The notes: generated from the sequence alone by a model not told the origin. Shown: positions 40,062-54,177, counted from the whole stretch's first letter. The stretch: DNA of 63,896 bases, filler included, from Octopus bimaculoides (GCF_001194135.2; 10 parts of 9 records of this genome joined end to end with filler, not necessarily neighbours in it), one strand, 5' to 3'. Numbers and translations: made by a program.

Positions 40062-43000
40062 CTTGTTTGTATGTATATATGTATGTATACGTTTCAACAT
40101 ATATGTAGGTATCTATATATGTATATNNNNNNNNNNNNNNNNNNNNNNNNNNNNNNNNNNNNNNNNNNNNNNNNNNNNNNNNNNNNNNNNNNNNNNNNNN
40201 NNNNNNNNNNNNNNNNNNNNNNNNNNNNNNNNNNNNNNNNNNNNNNNNNNNNNNNNNNNNNNNNNNNNNNNNNNNNNNNNNNNNNNNNNNNNNNNNNNNN
40301 NNNNNNNNNNNNNNNNNNNNNNNNNNNNNNNNNNNNNNNNNNNNNNNNNNNNNNNNNNNNNNNNNNNNNNNNNNNNNNNNNNNNNNNNNNNNNNNNNNNN
40401 NNNNNNNNNNNNNNNNNNNNNNNNNNNNNNNNNNNNNNNNNNNNNNNNNNNNNNNCTGTAGTGTGTGCGTGAGTGTGTGTGGTTAGTTACGAGGTGCGTA
40501 GTAGTTTTCGTGGTGGAGGTGGTGGTGGTGGTGGTGGTGGCGGTTGGTGTTGTAGTGGCGTTTGTGGTGGTGATGGCTGAGGTAGTCTTGATGGCAATTT
40601 GGACGATTAGCGGTGTGGGTGGTGACGGTGGTTGTGTTGGAGACGTTGATCGGCTGTTGTACTGATAGTGAGGGTGGTTCTGATGGTAGTTGTGGCGGTG
40701 GTAGTATTGATGTTGTTATTTTCGGTTTTACTAGTCATTACAATGTGGTAGCCATGGTATGGATAGTTGCGCCAGTAAGGATATGATTGCTATTTTCTTA
40801 TATATTTTTAGTGATGGCCATGGTTAGCTTGACGATGTAAACGAATTAGCAATGCAGTATTGGGAACTGCCTTAGTGGTGATAGCGGGTTTATTGTAGTG
40901 GTGATGGTCATCGTTGGACTGGAGGTGGAATGGTTTTTCAATCGTTTTGCTTTTGCTGCAGATTATAACAACGACGATGACTGCAACAGTAGCCTTAGTA
41001 ATACTAATTGGAGAAGCAGCAGTGTTAGCAGCAGCGACGGCGCTGGTGGTAGTGGTGGTAGTAGTACCTTCTGTACTGTATTCTTCAAAATTCCTGGTAA
41101 TGGCATATTTTTAGAAATTATTAAATTATTGGAAATGTGTGAACTTCAGAAAAAAAAAATGCTTTGAGTTGTTTTTTTTTTTTATTCAGTTCTTGACATC
41201 CTGATTTCGAATCCCAGTTTGCCCAACTTTGTCTTTCATCCCTCCTTGGTCGATAAAATATGCTACGTGTTAAGTATTTAGTTCGGTGGTAACAACTAAC
41301 GTCTCCTACCAACATTGTAGGCTTTGTATCCAATTTAGAAATATCACAAAACAACACTTAAGCTTCTCCTATACAGGTGCCGAGAAGAAGGTTTTAGATT
41401 TCAGCAGCCAAGTAACACAGCATACATTCAGACTATCAAAATCTTTTCTGCATAGAAAAACCCAAAGAACAAAGAATTATGCAAGTTTTCGGTTTTAAGG
41501 AGACAATTCACAGACCTGTTGAGTCGGGAAATGAAATTAACTAGTCCTCGTTATAAGGAGCGAACATCAAAACCCCCTAGCCTGCTTTTTTCGCCTCATC
41601 CAACGAAGGCAATAACTTAAGTATATCTAGAATATTCTAGAATGATGAACTTGTGCATATCTAGAATATTCGGCCAATTACGCGCGAATTCAGGAGCAGG
41701 TAATTAAGTAGATCAAATAATTGCACGCCGTCGTCGGAGCCCCACTACAGACAGTTTTGTGTATCTCAGTCCATGTACATAGTTCTAAAAAGTTAATGTC
41801 AGTGTTATGTCTTTCTTTTTGTCCCTTACTTTGCAGTTAGACAAATAACGAACGATGTATACTGAACTAGAATATGTACTGTGGCCGATATAATGAAAGA
41901 AAGCTATGAAAATATTGCTATTGTATGGCCGCAGTAAAATGTCTGAGAAAAGTAATAACTGCTTGTGCTTGTATAGAAATGTAGGTTAATCAATATCGTA
42001 TATAAACTATAAATAGCTAGCTAGAGATATTGCTATATATACACACATATCTGTATATATATACGTATGTGTGTATGTGTGTATAACGATAGAAAGATAG
42101 ATAATAAGATGGATAGATTAATAGATCGATAGATAGATAGATCGTACATGGACAAAAAGAAACGAACTAAGAGATGGAGAAAGTGACAGACAGTTAACCA
42201 GATAGAGATATGTACGTAACGACTAGAAGGATTGGACGAGGCCATTTGAGAGTTAAGTATTTTGGCCACATCACAATACTAGCGACAAAATACGAAACTA
42301 TCAATTTATCGCTTGGTTGCTTGTTATTCTACAGAGCCGGTTATTTACGTTCTCTTGATGCTACTCCAATAATGTCTAAATTAAAGAAAATTATAGAGGT
42401 AGAAAATAGGCAAATTCTGTATTATCACTCCATCTTGAATTTCGCTGCGATGGACTACTTAATTGAAAGCAAAGCACTGATGTTTAAATACGATAACATA
42501 CATGTTCTTGTTTGTCTGCTTCTATGTTGAAATGTCGACGTTAAAATGGCGATATGTTGTTAGTTCTGTCTAGCTATATTCTGTTTATTATAAGAGTTAG
42601 TGTATGGATTGACAGTCTGTCCAGCTGACCTGCTTTAGATGCTGTACAAGAACACCAGACATCTTCAGTTCTGCTTCCTAAACTACTTAATGCTTTATCA
42701 AACTGACTCCTTTACTGCAGCCATATAGTCATACAACGTGCAGCAAAATGTCGGTCGACGAAATGTTTGTGGAAAGTACATGACAAATAACTAGTAACTT
42801 AATAATATCTTTGATGGTCGAAAATATATCTTCTTAATGGTGAATCAGTTCTGTGGAGATTTTTACTCGAAGTCTTGTGATTCTTAATTGTTAACGGAAG
42901 AATGGGATTTCTGAAATCGGTTAACCATCCAGATCTTTAGTCTTAGAATGTACACTTGTTGTCCATTTATTAGTTGAAGTTGAATATGTGGCTCTGAGAA

Positions 43001-43714
43001 TCCAACAAGACTATGGTTATATTGTCATGCTTCCCTCCTTTCCCTCTCTTTCACACATACACTTTTTCTCTCTCTCTCTTTCTCTCTCTCTCTCTCCCTC
43101 TCTCTCTCTATTTCTATATATCTGTTTTTCTATCAATCTATCTCACCGCAATGCATCGGAACCTATATTATAAGACTTCCAGCTTGATGTCTCTATGTAT
43201 CTGCCGATCCACCGTGACGGATTGGTGCAGTTTTTATCAATCCCAAAACGATATAATCTTTTCTACTCTAGGTACAAGGCCCGCAACTTTTGGGGAAGGG
43301 GCCAGTAAATTATATCGGCCCAGTACACAACTGGTACTTAACTTATCGACCCCGAAAGGATTGAAAGACAAAGACAACCTAGAAAGAATTTTACTCAGAA
43401 CACAAAGACAAAGGAAATAACACAAAGCGTTCCGCTCGGCGTGTTAACGTTTCTGCCAGCTCGCAAAACACATATATATGCACATAAGCAATGTAACTAC
43501 GCACGTGCTGTTGGCGATTTCTTTTCCTTCTTTTGGTCTTTTCCCTTTCTCCTTTCAGACAGAGAGCTATGCTCGAAACGTCAAGCTCCCTCTTTTCACC
43601 AAGCACCAACCTAATGCATTTCTTGTGCAAGTCCTCGTGTTATCCGTTAATTTTATTTACTCGTTTATTGAATTAATTGTTTATTTGAATTGACTATGCA
43701 TACTCCTACATATG

Positions 43715-43749
<35 letters not shown>

Positions 43750-43994
43750 ATTTATTAGTTTCTAGAAGGGATATCGTTATTCCTTTTTAATTATAATGTA
43801 ATACAAAGTATATCAAAGGACTACAAGTGTACGCTTTGTAAGCCGTGCGCTGTTTTCAATTTTTAAGAGTATCTTTAGTAATTTTCAAAGACTTTAGAAC
43901 CGTACAAACCCTTACAATGTTTAGACGAAACGTGCCAACTCTCATTCCTGGCTCTAAATCTCTAAATTCTATAGAAAATCTTTAGAGACGTACA

Positions 43995-44037
<43 letters not shown>

Positions 44038-44545
44038 NNNNNNNNNNNNNNNNNNNNNNNNNNNNNNNNNNNNNNNNNNNNNNNNNNNNNNNNNNNNNNN
44101 NNNNNNNNNNNNNNNNNNNNNNNNNNNNNNNNNNNNNNNNNNNNNNNNNNNNNNNNNNNNNNNNNNNNNNNNNNNNNNNNNNNNNNNNNNNNNNNNNNNN
44201 NNNNNNNNNNNNNNNNNNNNNNNNNNNNNNNNNNNNNNNNNNNNNNNNNNNNNNNNNNNNNNNNNNNNNNNNNNNNNNNNNNNNNNNNNNNNNNNNNNNN
44301 NNNNNNNNNNNNNNNNNNNNNNNNNNNNNNNNNNNNNNNNNNNNNNNNNNNNNNNNNNNNNNNNNNNNNNNNNNNNNNNNNNNNNNNNNNNNNNNNNNNN
44401 NNNNNNNNNNNNNNNNNNNCACTCACTCACTTAGTAACTCTCTCTCTCTCTATCTATTTATCTATCTATTTAACAATCTATCTGTCTACCGATCTATACG
44501 GGTACATACATACAAATATGCACATACAAGCATACACACGCACCA

Positions 44546-44577
<32 letters not shown>

Positions 44578-44849
44578 CTATGTGTTTTTACGCATGCGTG
44601 ATGTATGTTTATCTGCCTGCTTATATGTCTAATTTTATCTGTGTGGATATGTGAATGTAGATATATATGTGAACATATGTATGTGTGTGTATGTGTGTGC
44701 AAAATAAAATGCTTACTTAATCACCCTGCTTCGCTTGTTAATAGATATATTTTCTTAGCATAACAATTTCCTTTCGATTTTCCTTACAAATCCCCCATGT
44801 TGAGATGTTCTAACGAATTTTTCCACATAGATGCAGGAGTGGTGTTGTG

Positions 44850-45430
44850 GTAATAATAATATGACCTGATACAGTACCAGGCAGTGGTTCTCATGGCTTC
44901 TGATTATAACGGATTGGACGTGTTATCATGTACATTGTTTTGTCTTGGTATAAAAGATGGGCTACAGCAAATATTCCGCTTAATACCACAGATTTGCTTG
45001 TCAGTTGTTTGACCTTAACCAGTTGAGCATGTCCCTTGGTGGCTGACGATATGTGCATCTCTGATCATGAGCAGAAGTAACGGGGGAATATCATAGACAT
45101 GTGCTGAGAGGAATTCTTTGGGGTTTGAATAATTCACTTTTGGAAACATGGGTGTTTCGTTCAACATCCTTAAACAAGTCTTATTCAGGGACCTTTTGAG
45201 CAATATGGGCTACTCGACCCCCTAAAAATTCTAATTAGGCCCCACCTGCAAAGTGATGCGCTGTTTATCTTGATATGAGATCACCATGTCGCGCACATAT
45301 GGTTGTGATGCACGTGCCTGGTGTACCCTTATCAGACGGGTAGTCATGATGGGTATACTGGGCTTCGTATATTTTACCCCAGTGCCACTTCGATGGCATG
45401 CACTGTTCTCTCTCACTCAATAATAGTAAT
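44850..45430 (+). mobile_element. Probable LINE 3' region ending in an AAT-rich tail
   Basis: The tail gatgggta...tatatt..taccccagtg.cactt.gatggcatgca recurs at 48227-48282. 44961-45132 is shared, inverted, with both Tc1-like MITEs. Confidence 0.45.
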
Positions 45431-48319
45431 AATCTTTTCTATATAAGGGACAAGGCCTGAAATTTTGAGGGAAGGGAGTAGCCGATTACATCGACCCCCA
45501 GTAAAGACGGACGAAATGTTAAGCATTTCGTCCGGCGTGCTTAACGATTCTGTCAGCTTAAACGATGACGAAAATAATAACAGCGAGAAAAATAATAATA
45601 TCAACAAAGGGATAAATACAACAACAGAAATATCAAAAAAAAAAAGAAAACAAGAATTAAATTAATAACGGAGGTGATGATGATGATGATAGTGGCGATG
45701 ACAATTACTTCAACGACAACACTAACAACAACTACGATGATTTCCAGATCAATGACATCATCATGATCATCGTCATCATCAACATCATCATCATCAACAT
45801 TAGCATTATCATCATCATCGTCATCATCAGCAGCATCATTAACGTCATCAACATCATCATCGTCACCAACATCATCATCATCATCATCATTATAATCATC
45901 ATCATCATCGTAAACCCTTTCATCATCGTTATCCTCCTCCTCCTCATCATCATCATCATTTTAATCATTATCGTCATCGTCGTCATCATCATCGTCGCCT
46001 ACAAGTACAGCGGCAACAAAAACAACATGAACGACAACAACAAGAAAAAGAGCAACTGTACCGATGATGATGATGATGACAACAGCAACAACAACAACAA
46101 TCGTTTGGCATATTAATTAGCATGTCAGAAGCGGTAATTACACAACAAAAACGGCAACGAATGCGACAATAACAGCAACAACAAGAACAAAAATAAACAG
46201 TTACAGTATCAATAACAGGGACGAAACCAACCAGCTTCGCCGCCGCCGCCTCCAACAGCAGCAACAACAGAATCTTCAACAACAACAACAACAGCAGCAG
46301 CAGCAACAATGACAACAATAATAACGGGAGAAATAAGAGAAAATAGTTATAAAAATAACTAGTAGAATGACGTCACAAGCAATACTAAGTTTAAAGCGCA
46401 AACTTAATTAATTCGTTCCTATCCACGCCCGCATTGTTTTACAAACAAATTTTTGAAAAACAAACAATAAACAAATAAACAGACGTTTAGGAAAACAAAC
46501 AAAACAAAATGAAAGGAAGAAAGAAACAAACAAACCATCAAAATGGAAATAGAATTCTTAGAACAAAAACCAAAATGTTATATAAATATATGGAGAAAAT
46601 GTACACACACACACACGCTTACATACACTTACATACACATGCATACACGAACGCACACACACACACACACATGTATATGTATTCTTTTATTCTGTTAGTG
46701 GTTTCAGCCAAAAGCTGGGGCCATGCTGGAGCAGACACACAACTACACACACACACACACACACTCACACATACATGCACACACACACATTTATAGGTAT
46801 ATGTATATACATATATATATATGTATATGCATCTGTATATATATTTATGTATATATATATATATATATATATNNNNNNNNNNNNNNNNNNNNNNNNNNNN
46901 NNNNNNNNNNNNNNNNNNNNNNNNNNNNNNNNNNNNNNNNNNNNNNNNNNNNNNNNNNNNNNNNNNNNNNNNNNNNNNNNNNNNNNNNNNNNNNNNNNNN
47001 NNNNNNNNNNNNNNNNNNNNNNNNNNNNNNNNNNNNNNNNNNNNNNNNNNNNNNNNNNNNNNNNNNNNNNNNNNNNNNNNNNNNNNNNNNNNNNNNNNNN
47101 NNNNNNNNNNNNNNNNNNNNNATATATATATATATATATATATACATATATGTATATGTATCTGTATATATCTCTATCTATCTATCTATCTATCTACCTA
47201 TCTCTATAAACACATGTATATATATATTTATATACATATGTATTTATACACACACACGCACACACACACACATATATATACATAAATACATAATACATAT
47301 ATACACGTATGTATGCATGTAGGTATGTATGTATGTAGGTATGTATGTATGTGTGTGTGTGTGTGTACGTGTGTGTGTGTGTGTGATGGAGTGACCTTTC
47401 TAGAATTACAATTATTAGTATAAGGTCATCGTATAAATAAAATTGTTTCGGTTTTTGGTTTATGTCAAAGCTAACCATCATCAACAAGATATTAGGTTTT
47501 TAGCAGTAAAATGACGCACCGTGGTTTCGAGTGGAGCGGAGGGCAGGTGAGGGTGTCGGGGGTTTTCTTGGAAAATTTCGCTGGTGATTTTTTTTTAAAT
47601 ATGTTTTTTTGTTTGGAATTTTTTGTTATTTGCTTTTTGTTTTCGCTTTATATATTGTTTTGCTTTAGATATTTGTTTATTTTCGTGTTAGAATTTGAAT
47701 TAGTGTTGTTAAGTTATATTGGGAAATGGCGAAAGATGTTGAAGAAATATTTATCACGTACGCACACAGACACACACACCTACACACACAAACAAGCACT
47801 CACAAACACACATGTATACATGGATACTCTAATGTTGAGTTTTCACAAATATCAAACATCTGTTGAATAAATATTAGAAACAACAGCTAGTAAACAACAA
47901 TAACAACATCAACAACAACTAGAATCTGCTGAGCTAACGAGGGAGCTTTATAGTGGTGTCTCTACCAGCTAGAAATAGCAACCAAGTCAAATATCCTTCA
48001 GATTACATACTTTTTAGTCCTAAAAATCGCCATAGTGAGATAATATTGTTCGGCTCCTGAGGACAATGTCCATAGCTAAACGCCGAGGTGGCCCCTGCTT
48101 CAGAGTCTTTAACTATGAGCCTGCTGTTTAAGCTGCCCCCTTGCGTCAAATAACCCTTTTTAAGATAAGCACATGGCCGATGATTTCGCGGGGAAAGGAC
48201 TACACCATTACATCGAACCCAGAGCTGATGGGTACATTAGGCTTTGTATATTTGTACCCCAGTGTCACTTTGATGGCATGCATAATAATAATAATAATAA
48301 CAATAATAATAATGATAAA

Positions 48320-48372
<53 letters not shown>

Positions 48373-48383
48373 TAATAATAATA

Positions 48384-48519
48384 ATAGGCACGACCAGAAT
48401 AATTAGGAAAGTACTAGATAGCTGAAAAGAACGGATGGCATGGTACCATAGGCTGTAGGTAGCAAGCCCGTAACACATGTAAGACAATAGGAGCTCCAAC
48501 AAAACTTGTGACAAAGAGA

Positions 48520-48580
<61 letters not shown>

Positions 48581-48731
48581 GTATCCCTGTAGTTATAGGT
48601 GCATTAGGAACTAGCCCTAAATATTTGAACAGGAGGATTCTTGTCATCTAAGGTTACTTGATGCGCGCCCGACGTTAGGAACTTTCCTTTTCTAAAAGTC
48701 TAATATGTTGTGCGTATATGAAATAATAATA
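48384..48731 (+). mobile_element. Two 5'-truncated R4/Dong-like (RLE) retrotransposon ends within (AAT)n arrays
   Basis: IGTTRIIRKVLDS* (48384-48425) plus a 3' UTR to ~48520, then (AAT)n, then IPVVIGALGTSPK from 48583, then AAT repeats again. Confidence 0.6.
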
Positions 48732-50000
48732 ACTTCTTAGCTCAGAAAATTTAGCACATCTATGTTGCAAAAAACCGGACAAGATGGTCATTGCCTGAAC
48801 GGCAGATTAACGATGAAAAATCGATAAAGAAAATTAAATTGGAGCCAGACAATGTCCATCACTATAACAGCAAAGAAATCGATTCATATCTCGTGGCAGA
48901 GAATGGAAAGTACTAATTGCGACATTCGTGCCTTTCTTGAAGAACACAAGAATTCCGTAAACGGTAAACACACACACACACAGACACACACACAAACACA
49001 CACACATATATGTATGTACATATATATATATACATATGCGTGTATGTACATATATATATATACATATGTATATNNNNNNNNNNNNNNNNNNNNNNNNNNN
49101 NNNNNNNNNNNNNNNNNNNNNNNNNNNNNNNNNNNNNNNNNNNNNNNNNNNNNNNNNNNNNNNNNNNNNNNNNNNNNNNNNNNNNNNNNNNNNNNNNNNN
49201 NNNNNNNNNNNNNNNNNNNNNNNNNNNNNNNNNNNNNNNNNNNNNNNNNNNNNNNNNNNNNNNNNNNNNNNNNNNNNNNNNNNNNNNNNNNNNNNNNNNN
49301 NNNNNNNNNNNNNNNNNNNNNNNNNNNNNNNNNNNNNNNNNNNNNNNNNNNNNNNNNNNNNNNNNNNNNNNNNNNNNNNNNNNNNNNNNNNNNNNNNNNN
49401 NNNNNNNNNNNNNNNNNNNNNCATATGTATTTCCCTATATATGTGTGTGAGCGTGTGTGATTCTCTGGGTATCTGTATATGTATATGCGCGTGTGTGTAT
49501 ATGTGTGTGTATGAGTTTGTCTGTGTGTTTATGTTGTACCCTTGGTAGACATACAGACTTCTCCTCTCCCGTCCCACGGCCAGACGAGTATATAGCATCG
49601 TCAAAGGGTCGAATAGCGCACATACTCTAATGAGAAAAATAATTAACATTTCTTCTGTTAGAAATTGAGACAGTGATTATCAGCGTTAATGATTATTCTT
49701 TTCATGAAAGACAAGGGAGACAATTCTGCAATCTAAATTGGTTAAAAATGTAATGGCTACATATAAAATGTATAGGCTGTGTGTATGTAGGCGCAGGTGT
49801 GACTGTGTAGTAAGAAGTGTTATTCTGGGTTCAGTCTCATTGCGTGGCACGTTTGGTTTGGTTTCGAGAGGATTGGCCGTGAAATGTTGTACTCGTTCCA
49901 ATGCACGGCCTTCTCTCAAACAGCTTGCAAGATCTAAGAGTGGGTGACAGGATATTTTCATAATTATGTTACTCCTAACATTTGTCTTGCTAGCTGACCA

Positions 50001-50190
50001 CATTTAAACACCTTGAATTACTATGTCTAGAGTTTCGTCGAAAAGCAGACCAACTAACGAAGCGCACACCACCAAGGGCTGGTTGACGGCCTTATAAGTG
50101 ATATGAATATATATTACCTGATCAAATCATTTATAGGTTTTAGAAGGCGAATCGAGGCAATAATCGAGGCTGATGGCGGTTTTATTGATA
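50001..50190 (+). mobile_element. Tc1/maT transposase C-terminal remnant
   Basis: LNTLNYYV*SFVEKQTN... and FRRRIEAIIEADGGFID. Confidence 0.55.
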
Positions 50191-50262
50191 GCCTATAGCT
50201 ATGTGCATGAAAGAAGATGTGTACCACCTTCATATAATGAACCATAAGAAGTTTGCTTTATA

Positions 50263-50607
50263 ACTACATAGTTCCAGGTTCAGTTCCACTACGTGGCATG
50301 TTGGGCAGGTGTTTTCTACTATAGACGTGGGTCGACCAAAGCCTTGCGAGTGGATTTGGTAGACGGAAACTGAAAGAAGCCCTTCGCTTATATATACGTA
50401 TATATCTGTGTGTGCGTATCGTTATGTCTGCACTTGAGTTTGTCCTCCACCACCGCTTGACATCCAGTATGGTGTGTTTACGTCCCCGTAAATCAACGGT
50501 TCGGCAAAAGAGACTGATAGAATAATTAAAATGATAATTACTAGGTTTGATTAATTCGACTAAAAATTCTTCAATCTGATGACTAAAACAAGTAAACGAA
50601 AAACGAT
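50263..50607 (+). mobile_element. SINE family A, 5'-truncated
   Basis: B box, body and diverged tail. Confidence 0.8.
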
Positions 50608-50849
50608 GCAATTTTCCGCTAGTGTCTCCTATAAGTACCTGTAATATGCTGGATTTTCAGGATTTTTGACAACAGATTCTATGCTTGCTCCCTACAAAAA
50701 CGTGTTCAATCAAATTTGATCGATATTAGATCACGTATACAAAGACAAACAATCTGAGAGAAATGCAAACATGATTGATCACCCACAAACCGTTACACTC
50801 TGATACACATGGACAGTTAAAAGCAAACTAACACATACACACAAAAAGA

Positions 50850-50884
<35 letters not shown>

Positions 50885-51479
50885 GCATGTGTGTGTCTAT
50901 ATGTATGTATATACATATATGTATGCATGTATGTGTCTGTATGTATGTATATATATATATGTGTATGCATATGTATGTATATATATGGACGTATGTATAT
51001 ATATATTTCTATATATGCACGTATATTCGCCCACATACACGTTCTCGTACATACACCGCTAGATGAAGAATGCAAACACATGTGAATATATAAATGCGTG
51101 CGTATGTAAGTGCGTGTGTGTACATGTATTCATGCATATTTATATATGTGTATGCGTGTGTATACATATATCATATATATGTATATAAATATATACTTAT
51201 ATAATATAACACACACACACACACACACACATACGTACACACGCACGCATGTACACACATATCTGCACGTTTGAACAATTATGGAAGGACAACTTACATA
51301 TCACTCCATTTTTATATCATTCAATCACATATATGTATACGTATATATNNNNNNNNNNNNNNNNNNNNNNNNNNNNNNNNNNNNNNNNNNNNTTAATTAA
51401 TTAANNNNNNNNNNNNNNNNNNNNNNNNNNNNNNNNNNNNNNNNNNNNATATATATAAATACATACATATATATACATA

Positions 51480-51515
<36 letters not shown>

Positions 51516-52468
51516 TCACACACACATGTGAGTGTGCGTATGTGTGCGTGTGTGTGTGCATGTGTGTGTATGCATATATGTGTGTGTGTGTGTGTGTGTG
51601 TGTACTGAAACGAAAGACGAAGACAGGTGTATGAATAACTAGCAGGTGTATTAGTATGATACTCGGGAAAGTGAAAAAGTCTTTTACATTTCGAGCCTAA
51701 CACACACACACACACACATACACACACACACACACCGAGGCATGCATACATGCATACATACATACATACGTACGTTCGTACGTACGTACGTACAGACGTG
51801 ATGTGTGTGTAGGAATAGATCGATAGATAGCAACAGACTGACAGACAAATAGAGAAGGATACATATAAATGCACGAGTGTGCATATATATATATATATAT
51901 ATANNNNNNNNNNNNNNNNNNNNNNNNNNNNNNNNNNNNNNNNNNNNNNNNNNNNNNNNNNNNNNNNNNNNNNNNNNNNNNNNNNNNNNNNNNNNNNNNN
52001 NNNNNNNNNNNNNNNNNNNNNNNNNNNNNNNNNNNNNNNNNNNNNNNNNNNNNNNNNNNNNNNNNNNNNNNNNNNNNNNNNNNNNNNNNNNNNNNNNNNN
52101 NNNNNNNNNNNNNNNNNNNNNNNNNNNNNNNNNNNNNNNNNNNNNNNNNNNNNNNNNNNNNNNNNNNNNNNNNNNNNNNNNNNNNNNNNNNNNNNNNNNN
52201 NNNNNNNNNNNNNNNNNNNNNNNNNNNNNNNNNNNNNNNNNNNNNNNNNNNNNNNNNNNNNNNNNNNNNNNNNNNNNNNNNNNNNNNNNNNNNNNNNNNN
52301 NNNGTGTGTGTGTGTGTGCACATACATACATATATACATACATATCATTTTCACTAAAAACAATTAGTAATGAATATTGTTATCTGAAGATCTACAGGTT
52401 ACGTGTTAAATCTTTTTGTAAATCTTTAATTTTACTAGCCGAGATACCAAGTCGCAGTTCGTCTAGAA

Positions 52469-52970
52469 CAGTGGGTACCAAACTATGGACCGCAGGCCGG
52501 ATCCGGCTCGCGAAGTCAATTCATCCGGTCCGCCGCCGTACTGTAACTTTTGTGTAAGTACCTGCAATGAGAATGCATATGCCTCTAGTATGGCATCAGT
52601 GTTTGAAGACCTTATGAGTCAGCATCGAATGAGGTTGACTGATGAACATTTGAAAGCAATTCTATTGGTTGGATGCAGCAATTCCAAAGCAAATATTGAT
52701 GATATATTTAAAGCTAAACACCAGTTTCAAAAATCCCACTAACGTTTTTTGCTATTTAGTTTGTGAGATGCGGATGTGTGTGCTCTGGGTGTGATATAAC
52801 TCTTATTGCTAACGCCGCCTTCTTCGATAACTTTTTGGTGAATAAATATGTTAGATGTCTTCATTTTTTGTGTATGCACTGTATTGTATTTAACAAAACG
52901 GTTATGCGGCCCACGCTCGTTGTTCTCTCAGTTATATGGCCCGCTGTGAAAAAAAGTTTCATGATCCCTG
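52469..52970 (+). mobile_element. Non-autonomous hAT (Charlie-group) element with transposase C-terminal remnant
   Basis: Perfect 8-bp TSD GTCTAGAA (52461-68 and 52971-78). TIRs CAGTGGGTACCAAAC and GTTTCATGATCCCTG. Internal HRMRLTDEHLKAIL...NIDDI....HQFQKSH*. Confidence 0.9.
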
Positions 52971-53376
52971 GTCTAGAATGAAGTCTTCTCAAACCGAGCG
53001 TTGGTAAGTTCTTGGGATGTTGTGAGCTCACTAGCCCTATATGTCAAAGGACTGCAAAGGAAGTATCGGGTGTTTCGAGGGTTCCTGAATGTTTTAGAAA
53101 TAAAATATTTAAGCTAAGTACAATTCTTTCATTGTTTTACTTGTTTCAATCACTTGACTGCGGCCATGCTGGAGCACCACCTTAAAGGGTTTTAGTCGAA
53201 GAAATCGACCCCATGACTTATTATTTGTAAGCCTAGTACTTATTCTATCGGTCTCTTTTGCCAGACAGCTAAATTACAGGGACGTAAACATACCAGCATC
53301 AGTTGTCAAGCAATGACCAGGAACTAACACAGACACACACATAGGTGTGTGTATATAGATATATATATATATACAT

Positions 53377-53786
53377 GCACAGGAGTGGCTGTGTGGTAAG
53401 TAGTTTGCTTACGAACCACATGGTTCCGGGTTCAGTCCCACTGCGTGGCACCTTGGGCAAGTGTCTTCTACTATAGCCTCGGGCCGACCAAAGCCTTGTG
53501 AGTGGATTTGGTAGACGGAAACTGAAAGAAGCCCGTCGTATCTATGCATGTATATATATGTGTGTGTGTGTGTATGTTTGTGTGTCTGTGTTTGTCCCCC
53601 AACATCGCTTGACAACCGATGCTGGTGTGTTTACGTCCTCGTAACTTAGCGGTTCGGCAAAAGAGACCGATGGAATAAGTACTAGGCTTATAAAGAATAA
53701 GTCCTGGGATCGGTTTGCGTGACTAAAGGCGGTGCTCCAGCATAGCCGCAGTCAAATGACTGAAACAAGTAAAAGAGTAAAGAGTA
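53377..53786 (+). mobile_element. SINE family A, well-preserved full-length copy nested in an older antisense copy (53135-53345 plus 53805-53940)
   Basis: The tail of a minus copy lies left and its head lies right of an intact plus copy. Confidence 0.85.
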
Positions 53787-54177
53787 TATATATATATACA
53801 CACACAACGGGTTCAAATCCACTCACAAGGTTTTGGCCGGTCCGAGACCAATAGAAGACACTTGCCGAAGTTGCCATGCCGTTGACTGAACCCGAAACCA
53901 TGAGGTTGGGAAACAAGCTCCTTACCACACAACCACGCCAATATTTATATTTTCAACAAATTTTCAAAACAATCTTTCTCGAGATTAGAGTATGAGTAGT
54001 ATATTAATCAATCAGCAGAAACATGACTGGTGATGTACTAAAGCCCAATACAATTTTAGTATATGAGCTTCCACCTCTTTCGTAATTCCCATAGAAATTT
54101 AGCATGGTGTACTAATCTACGCAAATATCCAAAATGAAACACAGACTAGATGCGATAATATATGAAAATAGGAATAA

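Noticed and set aside
41628-41643. 16-bp palindrome TCTAGAATATTCTAGA with a partial repeat nearby
   Set aside because: Short and AT-rich, inside an unclassified repeat; no support for function.
42335-42398. Candidate 64-bp exon (ctacAG...GAG|GTAGAA; AGYLRSLDATPIMSKLKKIIE)
   Set aside because: No similarity to CLC-7 or any family I recognise, weak donor, no partner exons.
48800-48930. LEPDNVHHYNSKEIDSYL, resembling a Tc1 QDNA motif
   Set aside because: Too short and divergent to support a transposase call.
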